Of a stretch of DNA of 52,863 nt, positions 41,864 to 51,445 are shown in pieces. The stretch is from Pseudomonadota bacterium (GTDB lineage: Bacteria > Bdellovibrionota_B > Oligoflexia > Oligoflexales > CAIYRB01). Within the stretch, counting starts at the first letter, position 1, and each line of letters begins with the position of its first letter. The stretch lies in the NCBI GenBank assembly GCA_031416315.1, contig JANOTL010000019.1, forward strand, positions 1-52,863. Direction: 5' to 3'. The notes beneath the pieces were generated by a model that saw only the letters and a list, made by a program, of their open reading frames with translations, did not search any database and was not told where the DNA came from. The position numbers and the translations under genes were made by a program.

Positions 41864-44800
41864 GTGCAAGAGGCGCTCAAAAAAGTCGTACTCGTCCTCG
41901 CCGTTCTCGGCTTACTCGGCTTCGTCATAAATCTCGTGGTCGACAACCCCTACACGCACCGGCTCGTCAGGGCGGCGATCAACGAGAAGGTGAAGCAGAA
42001 CACCAATCTCACGCTAGACTTCAAGGCGATGAAGGTGAGCGTCGTTCCGCCCGGGGTCGACCTCTACGGCTTTTTCCTGGCCACCGACGTCAAGCCCCAC
42101 GACCCGCTCGTCACCGCTTCGCACGTGCGGGCGCGCCTCAGCCTGTGGTCGCTCATCCTCGGCGACCCACGGCTTTCGCTCGCCGAGACCGACGACCTGA
42201 CCTTTATCTGGCCGCCGCCCTACGGTTTCAAGGGCTTCCTCAAGGACCAGACGATCGGGCCGCCCGAGCCGGAACCGCAAGAGACGTTGACGTGGCCGCC
42301 GCCCTTCGAGCTGCCGGTCGATCGCATCATCTTGAAGAACACGAAGGTCTATGCCGAGATCCCCCTCGAGCATGAGCTGCCGAAAGCGCCCTCGAACTTC
42401 GTCGCCGCGCTCGTCGGCGTCGACTTAGACCTCGACTACGGCGGCTGGACCGACCTGCGCGCCAAGCTCGGGATCCGCTCGGTGAACGCGGCCATCGGCG
42501 CCTCGTCGATGTTCGAGGAGACGAGCCTCGATACGGTCATCGTCTTTGCGAAGGACCAGCTCGCGCTGCCGACCCTCAGGATCCGCGGCGAGCGCCTGAA
42601 CTTCGATGGCGCCCTCACCGGCGAGCTGAAGACCACGGGAATGAAGCTCTTGGACCAGGTCATCTTGAACGCCAGCGGCACGCTCGACGGCGACCTGTCG
42701 CTCTTGGGCTCCTTCCTCGACCTGCCTTCGACGCGCGGCCCGGTGGAAGGTACGGTCCAGATCGACGCGAAGATCCCCGTCCTCGCGACCTTCCCCGCCG
42801 AGCTCGTCATCTCGGGCAACGGCAAGGTGAAGGACGCCTATCTCAACGGCTTTCGCCTGCACAACAGCGCCGCCAAGTTCCGGATCACGCCGGAGCTCGT
42901 CGAGTTCCCCGAGCTCGACATCATCTTCGGCGAGGAGTCGGTCGGCAAGGCGAGCGGAGCGATCAAGGTCGGCGACGCCATCGACTTCGACTTCCGCGCC
43001 GTGCCCGACGGGCTCCGCCTCCTAGACCTCCTCGACTCGCTCTCCGTCTCGTTCGAGCTCGTCGACGCGACGATCCAGGCTCCGGATCTGCGCATCTGGG
43101 GACTGAGCGAGCCGTTCGCGGTGAACGTCAGCGCCACCGGCCAGTTCACCGGCTTCGACTTGCCGACCATTCCGATGGACCGCACGCGCTTTCCCGAGCC
43201 GCCCGCCTGCCGTCTTGATTTTCACCTGCTCGTCAACGATTTGGGGGTCGATTTCGGCGGCACCCACGGCAACTGCTTCCAGCCTCCGAAGGGGACTTTG
43301 CCGCCGATGCCGGCGCCGGGGCAAACCTCCGCGCCAGGCAATGCGACCGCGACGGCGAAGATCGCGGCGCGCGGCGGCGTCTCCTTCGACGAGGAGAAAG
43401 GCCTGGACCTCGACGTCCGCGGCGAGGACTTTGAGCTCGGCGTCGCCGAGTTCTTCGCGCAAGTGCCGCTTGCCGGCGTCGCGACCACGCAGACTCGGAT
43501 CCACGGCAAGACGACGCCCGGGTCCACCGTCTTGATCGAAAGCGAGGCCCGCGTCGAGGACCTGGTCGCGAACGGCGTCCCGCTCGGCGAGGGCCACGGC
43601 TTCGCTACGGTGGACGGCCTCGAGCTGCGCTGGCACGACGCGGAATTCGACCTGGACGGCGAGGGCAAGCTCTCTTCGAAGAAAGGCAAGCTCGGCATCG
43701 CCGACGACTATCCGATCGTGATGCAGGTCTCGGCGCGGCAGGTGAAGCCCGCCGCGATGCAGCGGATCATGCGCGGCGCCCTGGGCCCCCAGACGCCACA
43801 TCCCTTCTTTTTCGGGATCGACAAAGCCGACGCCGAGCTCGCGGGGCCGCTCTTCTTCCCAGGCGCCTGGCGCGGCCGGCTCGACTTCGGCGTCTACGAG
43901 GCGCAGTGGGAGGGCGCGCGCATGTTCGATGCGGCGCGCGGCCTCGTCAAAGCGGACGCGCGCGGGATTTCGACCGAGGGCGTGACGGTGAGCCTCGGCC
44001 CCCTGACCGCCGGCGTGAAGCTCGGCCATCGCCACGCCTTCCCGTTCGCCTTCGAGGAGGCGCGCTCTTCCACGAACGCCTGGGCGAAAGCGGGCCTCCA
44101 TCCCGACGACGACTTCGATCTGGAGGTGACGACCATCGTCCCCGCCGGCTCGAAGGGCGCCGGCGCCAGCGGCAAGGATCAGCTCGCGAGCCTGCCTTTC
44201 GTCGGCGCGAAGCTGAAGACCGCGGCCATCGAGGGCGCGATCCAGCTCGACGCGCGGCTCAAGGGCTCGCCGTCGGAGCTTGAGGGCACGGTGAGCGGCG
44301 CGCTCCTCAGGCCCCAGGTTTTGGGGAGCCCGATGACGCCCCTGGAGTTCAAGGGCTTCGTCAAGAACGGCGCCGTCGACCTCGTCTTCAACCACTCCGG
44401 CGGCGCCTTCGAAGGGCGGATGTCGCTCGACGTCATGAAGCCCAACATCCCCTACGAGTGGTACTTCAACTTCAACCGCATGGACCTACGGGCTTTCGGC
44501 ACCGAGGTCTTCCACAAGGATCCGCGCAACTTCCTCTACCTCACCGCCGGCTGGCACATGAAGGGCGCGCTCCTCGACTGGTGGCGCTCGGTCGGTGAGT
44601 TGGAGATCAAGGACATCCGCGCCAAGTACGTCTCCGACATCGCGGCGCAGACGAAGGTCCTGCAGGTGCGCCAGGAGCAACCCGTGACCTTGCGCTTCAC
44701 CGGCCGAGAGTGGCGCTTCGACGAAGACAAGGACCTCTACCTCGCGGGCCGGCATACGCAGTTGCGCGTCTCGATGCCCGACAACCGCCCGCCGGAGAAG

Positions 44801-46201
44801 CTCGGGATCCGCATTGAGAGCATCATGGACATCGGCCTGGTGAAGGAGTTCTCGCAGGAGATCGACACCGCCAGCGGCAAGGTCAGGATCCTGGGCGACA
44901 TCCATGGCCCGGTCTCCGACCCGAAGCTCCGGATCGAGCTGTCGGATCTGAAGCAGAACCCCTTCATCGCCGCGACCTGGACCCCGGTCACCTTCGGCTT
45001 GGCCGACCTGCGCCCCGCCTTCCGCAACGTGCGCTTCAAGATCGTCTACGAGGACCAGCGGCTCACCATCGAGTCCCTGGAGGCGGAGAAGGGCACGGGC
45101 ACGCTCGCGGCGAGCGGCGAGCTCGACTTCCGCAAAGACGCCGCGCCCGAGGACTCGCGCCTCGACGTCGAGCTGAACGACGCCAACGTGATCTTTCCCG
45201 TCGCCTTCCTGAAGAGCTTCGAGGCGCAGCTCTCGGGGAACCTGGCGCTCAGCGGCTCGGCGCCGCCCTTCAAGCTCGCCGGCGACGTGCGCATCAACCG
45301 CGCGCGCTCCATGAAAGAGGTCGACATCCGCAACGAGATCATCAACGCCTTGCGCAGCCAGTCCTTCAAGACCGTGCTGAAAAGCGAGAAGCCGACGATC
45401 CAGTTCGACATGACCGTGCGGGCCGACCAGACGATCAACATCCACAACCGCAACCTCCAGCTCCTGCTCTCTTCCGACCTCGCGATCAAAGGCACCGACA
45501 ACGCGCCCTCGGTCACCGGCCAGGTCGAGGTGGCGAAGGGGAAGTTCATCTACAAGCGCGACTTCGTCGTGCAGCGCGGCTTCATCACTTTCGACGACCC
45601 GGTGAAGCCCGACCCCTCGATCGACCTCTTGGCCGTCAGCGAGGTCGACAACTACCGCGTCTACATCGTCGCGACCGGCCGGGCCTCGAACCCGACGATC
45701 GAGTTCTCCGTCGACCCGCCGACGCGCGCCGACGGCGGGCCGATCAGCAAGGTGGAGATCTTGGTCCTGCTTTCCCGCGGGAAACTGCCGGAGGAGGAGC
45801 GCTCCGTTGGCCAGGCGACGCAGAGCGCCGCGACCTCCGAGGCCTTGAACCTCATCATGGGCCAGTTCGAGGAGCCGGTCGAAAAGCTCTTCGACCTCTC
45901 CGGTCAGAACGTGGTGCGCAACGTCTACATCGACACGCATCCTTCGACCAACGACGGCAGCCCCGTGCCGCGCCTCAACCTGCCGCTCGATCTCGGCGAG
46001 GACTTCGACGTCGTCGTGCGCTCCGATCAGTCGACCGACGAGGTCTCCACCGAATACAACGTGCACGAGAACATCCGTTTCTCCGGCACGTACGAGCGCA
46101 CGCGCGTCGGTGATGAGAAAACGCAAACCGCGGACAAAACGCCTGCAGGTCCGGTCGGTGACGCGAAACTGAATTTGAAGTTTCGCTTCTCTTTCGACTG
46201 A
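41864..46201 (+). CDS. TamB/AsmA-like envelope protein
   Basis: 1445 aa, N-terminal anchor, beta-rich body, TamB-like C-terminus (GFITFDDPVKPDPSIDL, GRASNPTIEFS, LKFRFSF). Confidence 0.78.
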   Translation: MQEALKKVVLVLAVLGLLGFVINLVVDNPYTHRLVRAAINEKVKQNTNLTLDFKAMKVSVVPPGVDLYGFFLATDVKPHDPLVTASHVRARLSLWSLILGDPRLSLAETDDLTFIWPPPYGFKGFLKDQTIGPPEPEPQETLTWPPPFELPVDRIILKNTKVYAEIPLEHELPKAPSNFVAALVGVDLDLDYGGWTDLRAKLGIRSVNAAIGASSMFEETSLDTVIVFAKDQLALPTLRIRGERLNFDGALTGELKTTGMKLLDQVILNASGTLDGDLSLLGSFLDLPSTRGPVEGTVQIDAKIPVLATFPAELVISGNGKVKDAYLNGFRLHNSAAKFRITPELVEFPELDIIFGEESVGKASGAIKVGDAIDFDFRAVPDGLRLLDLLDSLSVSFELVDATIQAPDLRIWGLSEPFAVNVSATGQFTGFDLPTIPMDRTRFPEPPACRLDFHLLVNDLGVDFGGTHGNCFQPPKGTLPPMPAPGQTSAPGNATATAKIAARGGVSFDEEKGLDLDVRGEDFELGVAEFFAQVPLAGVATTQTRIHGKTTPGSTVLIESEARVEDLVANGVPLGEGHGFATVDGLELRWHDAEFDLDGEGKLSSKKGKLGIADDYPIVMQVSARQVKPAAMQRIMRGALGPQTPHPFFFGIDKADAELAGPLFFPGAWRGRLDFGVYEAQWEGARMFDAARGLVKADARGISTEGVTVSLGPLTAGVKLGHRHAFPFAFEEARSSTNAWAKAGLHPDDDFDLEVTTIVPAGSKGAGASGKDQLASLPFVGAKLKTAAIEGAIQLDARLKGSPSELEGTVSGALLRPQVLGSPMTPLEFKGFVKNGAVDLVFNHSGGAFEGRMSLDVMKPNIPYEWYFNFNRMDLRAFGTEVFHKDPRNFLYLTAGWHMKGALLDWWRSVGELEIKDIRAKYVSDIAAQTKVLQVRQEQPVTLRFTGREWRFDEDKDLYLAGRHTQLRVSMPDNRPPEKLGIRIESIMDIGLVKEFSQEIDTASGKVRILGDIHGPVSDPKLRIELSDLKQNPFIAATWTPVTFGLADLRPAFRNVRFKIVYEDQRLTIESLEAEKGTGTLAASGELDFRKDAAPEDSRLDVELNDANVIFPVAFLKSFEAQLSGNLALSGSAPPFKLAGDVRINRARSMKEVDIRNEIINALRSQSFKTVLKSEKPTIQFDMTVRADQTINIHNRNLQLLLSSDLAIKGTDNAPSVTGQVEVAKGKFIYKRDFVVQRGFITFDDPVKPDPSIDLLAVSEVDNYRVYIVATGRASNPTIEFSVDPPTRADGGPISKVEILVLLSRGKLPEEERSVGQATQSAATSEALNLIMGQFEEPVEKLFDLSGQNVVRNVYIDTHPSTNDGSPVPRLNLPLDLGEDFDVVVRSDQSTDEVSTEYNVHENIRFSGTYERTRVGDEKTQTADKTPAGPVGDAKLNLKFRFSFD

Positions 46202-46219
46202 TGCCTAAACCCCGACAGG

Positions 46220-46281
46220 TTGACGCACTGGCCTGTAGTTGCTACGGTCACTTTTCGACCACCGAAAAGATTGCGTAGTAA
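46220..46281 (+). promoter_or_regulatory. sigma70-like promoter overlapped by an inverted repeat
   Basis: TTGACG (46220-46225)-N17-TACGGT (46243-46248) with TG extension; CTTTTCG-N5-CGAAAAG inside a longer hairpin 46239-46281. Confidence 0.4.
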
Positions 46282-46295
46282 ACAAGGGGGAAACG

Positions 46296-46814
46296 ATGCG
46301 TTTTTTCATGGCGGTAGCCGTGGCTTGGATGACGTTCACGACGTCACTGACGAGCGCGCTCGCGCAAGCGGACGAATGCTACGAAGGCGACGCCTTCACG
46401 TGCGAGGTAGAGCGCCTCGTCGCGGAATATACGAACGACTACCGCGTGCGTTCCGGGCGCGCGCCGCTCGCGATCCACGGGCATCTGGCCTTCGTGTCGC
46501 GAACCTGGTCCGAGGCGCAAGCGCGCCGCGGCTCGATCGGCCACGACGGCTTTCCGTATCAGCGCGAAGAAGCCTACCGCCGTGAGTTCGGAAGCATGGA
46601 AGGCATCGGCATCATGGGCGAGAACGTCGCCATGTTCTCCTGGGGCGAAGGTCAGACCGCCGCCGAGGTGGCGCGCCAGCTGACTGATCAGTGGTGGAAC
46701 AGCTCGGGCCACCGCGCGAACATGCTCGGCGGCTTCGACGGCATCGGCGCCGGCGTCGTGCGCGACGGCAGCGGCTACGTGTACGGCACGCAGATCTTCT
46801 ACGCCGACGACTGA
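46296..46814 (+). CDS. secreted CAP/SCP-domain protein
   Basis: Signal peptide, TNDYR, IGHDGF, GENVA, WWNSSGHRANML, IGAGV, GTQIF. Confidence 0.88.
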   Translation: MRFFMAVAVAWMTFTTSLTSALAQADECYEGDAFTCEVERLVAEYTNDYRVRSGRAPLAIHGHLAFVSRTWSEAQARRGSIGHDGFPYQREEAYRREFGSMEGIGIMGENVAMFSWGEGQTAAEVARQLTDQWWNSSGHRANMLGGFDGIGAGVVRDGSGYVYGTQIFYADD

Positions 46815-47737
46815 GGCCCGCGCCGACCGCTCCGAATCACGGCCCACGCGCAGACGACACGATAGACCGCACGCGCAAGCGCGGCGATCGCTCGGATCAC
46901 GGCGGAGCGGGCGCGGCGCGAGATCGTCCGCGGCCGGCGCGCATTCGTCGCAAACACGCGTTTCAGCGACAACTGCAGTCTTAGAACGCCCCGGTAGCTC
47001 GGGGCGAGCTTCGTCGTCGTCGCCTCGATCCCCTCGCTAATGCGCTGGAGCTGCGAGACGCTCGTGCCAGCGCCATGCCGGCGGTAATCGGCGACCAGGC
47101 TCGCAAGGTACCCGATGCGGTTGGTCGCCCCCAGACGCAGGTAAAAGTCTGCATCTTCGAAGTAGAGGCTCGTGTCGTAAGTACCGAGCGTCTCGTAAGC
47201 CTCGCGCCGACAAAGGAAGCCTGGCCCCGGGAACCACATCTGAAAAACCAGAGCCCAAGGGACGAGACCGAGCGGTTCCAGCTGCGCTAACGGAGCCTTG
47301 ACCAGGTCCGGATAGAAGCCGGCATGCGTCACGCGCCCTTCGACATCGATGACGCGACAGTTGCCGAAGACCGCAAGCTTCTTCGGATGCGCCGCCAGAT
47401 ACGCGACTCGCGCCGTAAGCCCCCCGGGAAGCAAGCGGTCGTCCGCCGCGACGATGGCGAAGTAGCGCCCGCTGCCCGCCGCGATCGCGTCGTTCAAGCT
47501 GGCGCAGATCCCCAGGTTCACCGGGTGGCGCAGAAACGTGACGCGGGACCGCGTTCCACGGCGCTCGATCCACGCTTCCACGGCGGCCACTGAGGCGTCG
47601 CGGGAGGCGTCGTCGACGATGACGAGCTCAATGTCGGAGTAATCAGAAGCGACCACGCTGTCTAAGCACTCGTCGACGAACTGCATCTGATTGTAGACGA
47701 GCACTATGACCGTGATCGTCGCGCCCTCAGCCGGCAT
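46799..47737 (-). CDS. glycosyltransferase family 2
   Basis: ITVIVLVYN, IVDDASRD, NLGICASLN, VAADD, YFEDADFYLR. Confidence 0.88.
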   Translation of the reverse strand: MPAEGATITVIVLVYNQMQFVDECLDSVVASDYSDIELVIVDDASRDASVAAVEAWIERRGTRSRVTFLRHPVNLGICASLNDAIAAGSGRYFAIVAADDRLLPGGLTARVAYLAAHPKKLAVFGNCRVIDVEGRVTHAGFYPDLVKAPLAQLEPLGLVPWALVFQMWFPGPGFLCRREAYETLGTYDTSLYFEDADFYLRLGATNRIGYLASLVADYRRHGAGTSVSQLQRISEGIEATTTKLAPSYRGVLRLQLSLKRVFATNARRPRTISRRARSAVIRAIAALARAVYRVVCAWAVIRSGRRGPQSSA

Positions 47738-48479
47738 TCTTCAAGGTCCTGCGCCACTGAGCCACGAGCTCTTCGGGGTAGCCGCGCGCGAAGTGGGACG
47801 TCCAAGGATATGCGGGGCCGGAGCCGTCCCGGAGCATGATCATGCTCGTCGGACCGATGAGGCGCGCGGGCGACCCGACGTAAAGGCTGTCTGGCGCGGC
47901 GTCCTTGGTCAACACGACGCCGGCTGCGATCACCGCGCCGCGGCCGATGCGCACGCCGGGAAGGATGCTGCAGTTGATCGAGACGACGGCGAAATCCTCG
48001 ATCGTCACCGGCAAGAGCCCTTCGCTCGGCGGCGACGGATCGTTGGCGATGATGGTCCCGGCAAAGACCCAGACGCAATCGCCGATCATCGACCCGCTCG
48101 CCACCATCACCCGCGACTGGAAGCGCGTATGATCGCCGATTTTGATCTTGCCCTGCAGCTCCGTGTAGCTGCCGAGCTGAGTGCCGGCGCCACATTCGGC
48201 GCCGGGAAGGACGGAGACGAACTGCCCCGTGCGCAGGCCCGGCCCGAAGCTACTGCCTTCGTAAAAGACGCAGTGAGAGCGGATGATGGCGCCCGCGCCG
48301 ATCTCGAGCGCCGGCGAGCCCGGGCGCGCGCCGCGCACGCCGAGGACGCAGTGCGCGCCGACCGCGGAGCCGTCGCCCAGGACGACGTCGTCGTGAATGA
48401 CCGCGAAGTCGCCGATCTCGACGTCCTTGCCGATCTTGGCCTTCCCCGAAATGACCGCAGTTTTCGCCCACCGCTGCAT
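47727..48479 (-). CDS. hexapeptide-repeat (left-handed beta-helix) acyltransferase, probably nucleotide-sugar N-acyltransferase
   Basis: Repeated [IV]GxxxxI hexapeptides, IANDP, GVRIGRGAVIAAG, VGSPARLI. Confidence 0.82.
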   Translation of the reverse strand: MQRWAKTAVISGKAKIGKDVEIGDFAVIHDDVVLGDGSAVGAHCVLGVRGARPGSPALEIGAGAIIRSHCVFYEGSSFGPGLRTGQFVSVLPGAECGAGTQLGSYTELQGKIKIGDHTRFQSRVMVASGSMIGDCVWVFAGTIIANDPSPPSEGLLPVTIEDFAVVSINCSILPGVRIGRGAVIAAGVVLTKDAAPDSLYVGSPARLIGPTSMIMLRDGSGPAYPWTSHFARGYPEELVAQWRRTLKNAG

Positions 48480-48553
48480 GACTAGCCCTCCGTCCTCGAC
48501 TTCGACCTGAAGGGCTTCGGTGCGATCCGGGGCTGACTCAAGCCAATTTTGAC

Positions 48554-50110
48554 TTATGGGCGTAACTTCAGACGTTTCATCTTACTTTGGAGGGTTGATG
48601 GCTTTAAGCCCAAGACCTTGGCGGCCCCGTCCGTGCCGTAGATCTTACCGCCGGTCGCGGCCAAGGCCCGTTCGATGTGCGTCCGCATGGCCTGGTCGAG
48701 GGTCGAGACCCCGCCTGCCTCCGTTGCCGACCTCGCCCCCCCTAAGGGCGCGGGCGCGACGGACGCCGCGAGCCCGGCGAAATCGAGCTCGACGGCGCCC
48801 TGCTGCAGGATGAGGGCGCGCTCGATCACGTTCGCCAGCTCGCGCACGTTCCCAGGCCAGGCGTAAGCGCCGAGCTGCGCCAGCGCCGTTCGCCCCAGCG
48901 CGGGGACGGCCTGCCCGCGCGAAAGCTTCGCCGCAAAGCGGCGCAGGAGTTGCTCCGCGAGCAGCGGCAAGTCTTCCGGCCGATCGCGGAGCGCCGGCAG
49001 ACTCACGGGAAAGACGTTGATGCGGTAAAAGAGATCCTCGCGAAAGCGCTTTTCCGCGATCGCCGCCTCGAGATCGACGTGCGTCGCGGTGATGATTCGG
49101 ACGTCCACTTTGATCGTCCGGTCGCTGCCGACCGGCTCGAACGTGCCCTCCTGGAGGACGCGTAAGAGCTTCGCTTGGAGCCCGAGCGGCATGTCGCCGA
49201 TCTCGTCGAGGAAGAGCGTGCCGCCGCTCGCCGCACGGAAGCGGCCGGCGCGGTCCTGCGTCGCGCCGGTGTAGGCGCCTTTCACGTGACCGAAGAGCTC
49301 GGACTCCAGCATCGGCTCGGGAATGCTCGCGCAGTTGATCTTCAGGAAGGGCGCGGCGGCGCGCGAGCTCCAGCGATGGATTGCTTGCGCCAGCACCTCT
49401 TTGCCGCTGCCCGTCTCGCCGCGGATCATCACGGCCGCATCGCTCGCGGCCGCCACGCGCGTCTGGCTCACGAGCACGCGCATGCGCGGCGAGCGCGAGC
49501 GCTCCAGGCTTTCGACCGGGTCGAGAGAGCGCGCGTTGAGATCCTCGGCCATGATCTCGAACGTCGCACGCTCCTCGCCGTACAACCGCCGGATGCGCGC
49601 GGCTTGCGTCGTCACCTGCATGCCGAACGCGAGGATCCGTCCGTAGAGGTCGACGAGTCGCATCGCGTCGTCGCTGTAAGTCTGGCACACGTTGCGATCC
49701 AGCGACAGGAGCCCCAAGGTCTCGGTCCCGGCGTGGAGCGGCACGACCATGCAGCTGTGCCCGGGCTCGAGGTCGATGACGCCGTCGAAGAGGTCGCCGT
49801 CGCCGTCGCGGTGGTCGTGCTCGGTGTTGACGCGGGGGAGGCGCTCCATCAGCACGCGGCGCAGGTCCTGGTGCTCGCGCAGGCTGACGACGTGGCTCAA
49901 GACCTTCGGCGACTTCAGTCGCCCGCGCGCCGTCTTCACGACGAGTTGATCGCCCTCGACGACCCAGATCGTCGCGAGGTCGTAGGGCGCGATCCCTTCC
50001 AGCCAGGCGAGCCCCGCTTCGACGAAGTCTTCGAGCTCTGGAAGGGCCGCCAGCGCCCGCCGCAGCTCGGCGAGCTCGGCCGGGAGATTTTGTACGGGCT
50101 TCATATTCAC
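48554..50110 (-). CDS. sigma54-dependent enhancer-binding protein, GAF-AAA-HTH, NorR-like GAF
   Basis: [59 protein letters not shown] has DLFDG...HSC...LSLD; start GTG 50110 or ATG 50104. Confidence 0.93.
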   Translation of the reverse strand: MNMKPVQNLPAELAELRRALAALPELEDFVEAGLAWLEGIAPYDLATIWVVEGDQLVVKTARGRLKSPKVLSHVVSLREHQDLRRVLMERLPRVNTEHDHRDGDGDLFDGVIDLEPGHSCMVVPLHAGTETLGLLSLDRNVCQTYSDDAMRLVDLYGRILAFGMQVTTQAARIRRLYGEERATFEIMAEDLNARSLDPVESLERSRSPRMRVLVSQTRVAAASDAAVMIRGETGSGKEVLAQAIHRWSSRAAAPFLKINCASIPEPMLESELFGHVKGAYTGATQDRAGRFRAASGGTLFLDEIGDMPLGLQAKLLRVLQEGTFEPVGSDRTIKVDVRIITATHVDLEAAIAEKRFREDLFYRINVFPVSLPALRDRPEDLPLLAEQLLRRFAAKLSRGQAVPALGRTALAQLGAYAWPGNVRELANVIERALILQQGAVELDFAGLAASVAPAPLGGARSATEAGGVSTLDQAMRTHIERALAATGGKIYGTDGAAKVLGLKPSTLQSKMKRLKLRP

Positions 50111-50163
50111 CGCTCCATCGGTGTGGAATTCACCGATATTTAGGTATCACCGAAATATAGGTG
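50107..50163. promoter_or_regulatory. three tandem dyad sites TCACCG-N6-(C/A)GGT(G/A), probable activator binding sites
   Basis: CACCGCTCCATCGGTG 50108-50123, CACCGATATTTAGGTA 50131-50146, CACCGAAATATAGGTG 50148-50163, each preceded by T. Confidence 0.75.
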
Positions 50164-50206
50164 ACGCAATAAAGTTTAACTGTCTGAAATCATTAATAAA
50201 ACGACA

Positions 50207-50222
50207 TGGCACGTCACGTGCT
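50207..50222 (+). promoter_or_regulatory. sigma54 -24/-12 promoter of ahpCD
   Basis: TGGCACGTCACGTGCT versus consensus TGGCACG-N4-TTGCW, one mismatch; 35 bp before ahpC ATG. Confidence 0.85.
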
Positions 50223-50257
50223 TTACGACAGTCAGATCGTACTCAAGGAGGTTCCTC

Positions 50258-50800
50258 ATGTCCCGCATCCTCGGCATCGGCGAAAAGTTCCCAAATTTCT
50301 CCGGCCAAGCCGTCGTCTCCCTCGAGCAAGGCAAGGAGTTCACGACCCTCACGCAGGACGCCATCAAAGGGAAATGGGCCGTCGTCTTCTTTTGGCCGCT
50401 CGACTTCACCTTCGTCTGCCCCACGGAGATCGCCGAGTTCAACAAAGCGAGCGGCGAGTTCACTGACCGTGACGCGACCCTAATCGGCGCCAGCGCCGAC
50501 AGCCACTTTGTCCATCTAGCTTGGCGCAAGGACAACGTCGACCTGCGCGAGCTGCGCTTCCCGATGCTGGCCGACTACAAAAAGGAGCTGACGCGCGCTC
50601 TGGGCATTCTGCACGCCACCGACGACGTGCCGCTGCGCGCTACCTTCATCGTCGACCCCGACGGCATCGTGCGTCACGTCAGCGTCAACGACCTCAACGT
50701 CGGCCGCAACGTGAAAGAGATCCTCCGCGTCCTCGACGCGCTGCAGACCGACGAGCTGTGCCCGTGCAACTGGCAAAAAGGCGAAAAAACCCTCGGCTGA
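50258..50800 (+). CDS. ahpC: 2-Cys peroxiredoxin AhpC
   Basis: WPLDFTFVCPTEI, DSHFVHLAW, LRATFIVDP, VGRNVKE, ELCPCNW; AAGGAGG RBS. Confidence 0.95.
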   Translation: MSRILGIGEKFPNFSGQAVVSLEQGKEFTTLTQDAIKGKWAVVFFWPLDFTFVCPTEIAEFNKASGEFTDRDATLIGASADSHFVHLAWRKDNVDLRELRFPMLADYKKELTRALGILHATDDVPLRATFIVDPDGIVRHVSVNDLNVGRNVKEILRVLDALQTDELCPCNWQKGEKTLG

Positions 50801-50811
50801 GGCGCATCCCC

Positions 50812-51372
50812 ATGGACACCGCGATTCTCGATTCCCTCTTCACGGGCCGCGACTCAGCGATCGCGCGTGACCTTAAGCTCAACTTGAAGAAGCTGGCGGG
50901 CGAAAGCGCACTGTCAGCGGACGAGGCGGCGCTCACGCTCGCCGCCGTAGCGCAGAGCCTCGGCTCAGCGCCTCTAGCCGAGCTCGCGGCCCTCGCCGCG
51001 CGCGCGGCCGGCGTCACCGAGCCGGAGCTCGGAGAAGCGCGCGAGGCCGCCGCCATCATGGGCATGCTGAACCGCTACTATCGCTTTCGCCATTACCTCG
51101 AGGCGGCGCAAGGCAAGGACTATCTCATCGAGCACTACCGCGCCGCGGGCCTGCGCATGAACGGCCTCGCCAAGCCCGTGCTCGGCAAGGCGCGCTTCGA
51201 GCTTCTCGCTCTCGCCGTGTCGATCGTCAACGGCTGCGAGGTTTGCGTCACCTCGCACGAGCGGGAATTGCGCAATCACGGCGTAGAAGCAGAGAAGATC
51301 CATGACCTGGCGCGGCTCGCTGCGGTGGCCGCGGGTACGGCGAGCCTGTTTTTGAGTCATCCGCCGAGCTAA
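50812..51372 (+). CDS. ahpD: alkyl hydroperoxide reductase AhpD (CMD family)
   Basis: ARDLKLNL, AAAIMGMLNRYYRFRH, GLRMN, FELLALAVSIVNGCEVCVTSHE. Confidence 0.9.
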   Translation: MDTAILDSLFTGRDSAIARDLKLNLKKLAGESALSADEAALTLAAVAQSLGSAPLAELAALAARAAGVTEPELGEAREAAAIMGMLNRYYRFRHYLEAAQGKDYLIEHYRAAGLRMNGLAKPVLGKARFELLALAVSIVNGCEVCVTSHERELRNHGVEAEKIHDLARLAAVAAGTASLFLSHPPS

Positions 51373-51382
51373 TGTGTGCCGA

Positions 51383-51432
51383 AGGAAGGGGCCGGAGAGA
51401 GTTCTTGGCAAGACTTTCCCCGGCCGCTTCCT
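51383..51432. terminator. long hairpin between convergent ahpD and kinase genes
   Basis: aggaag-g-ggccgg pairs with ccggcc-g-cttcct; inner gagagt/actttc extends the stem. Confidence 0.5.
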
Positions 51433-51445
51433 CCCCGATTCCCCG

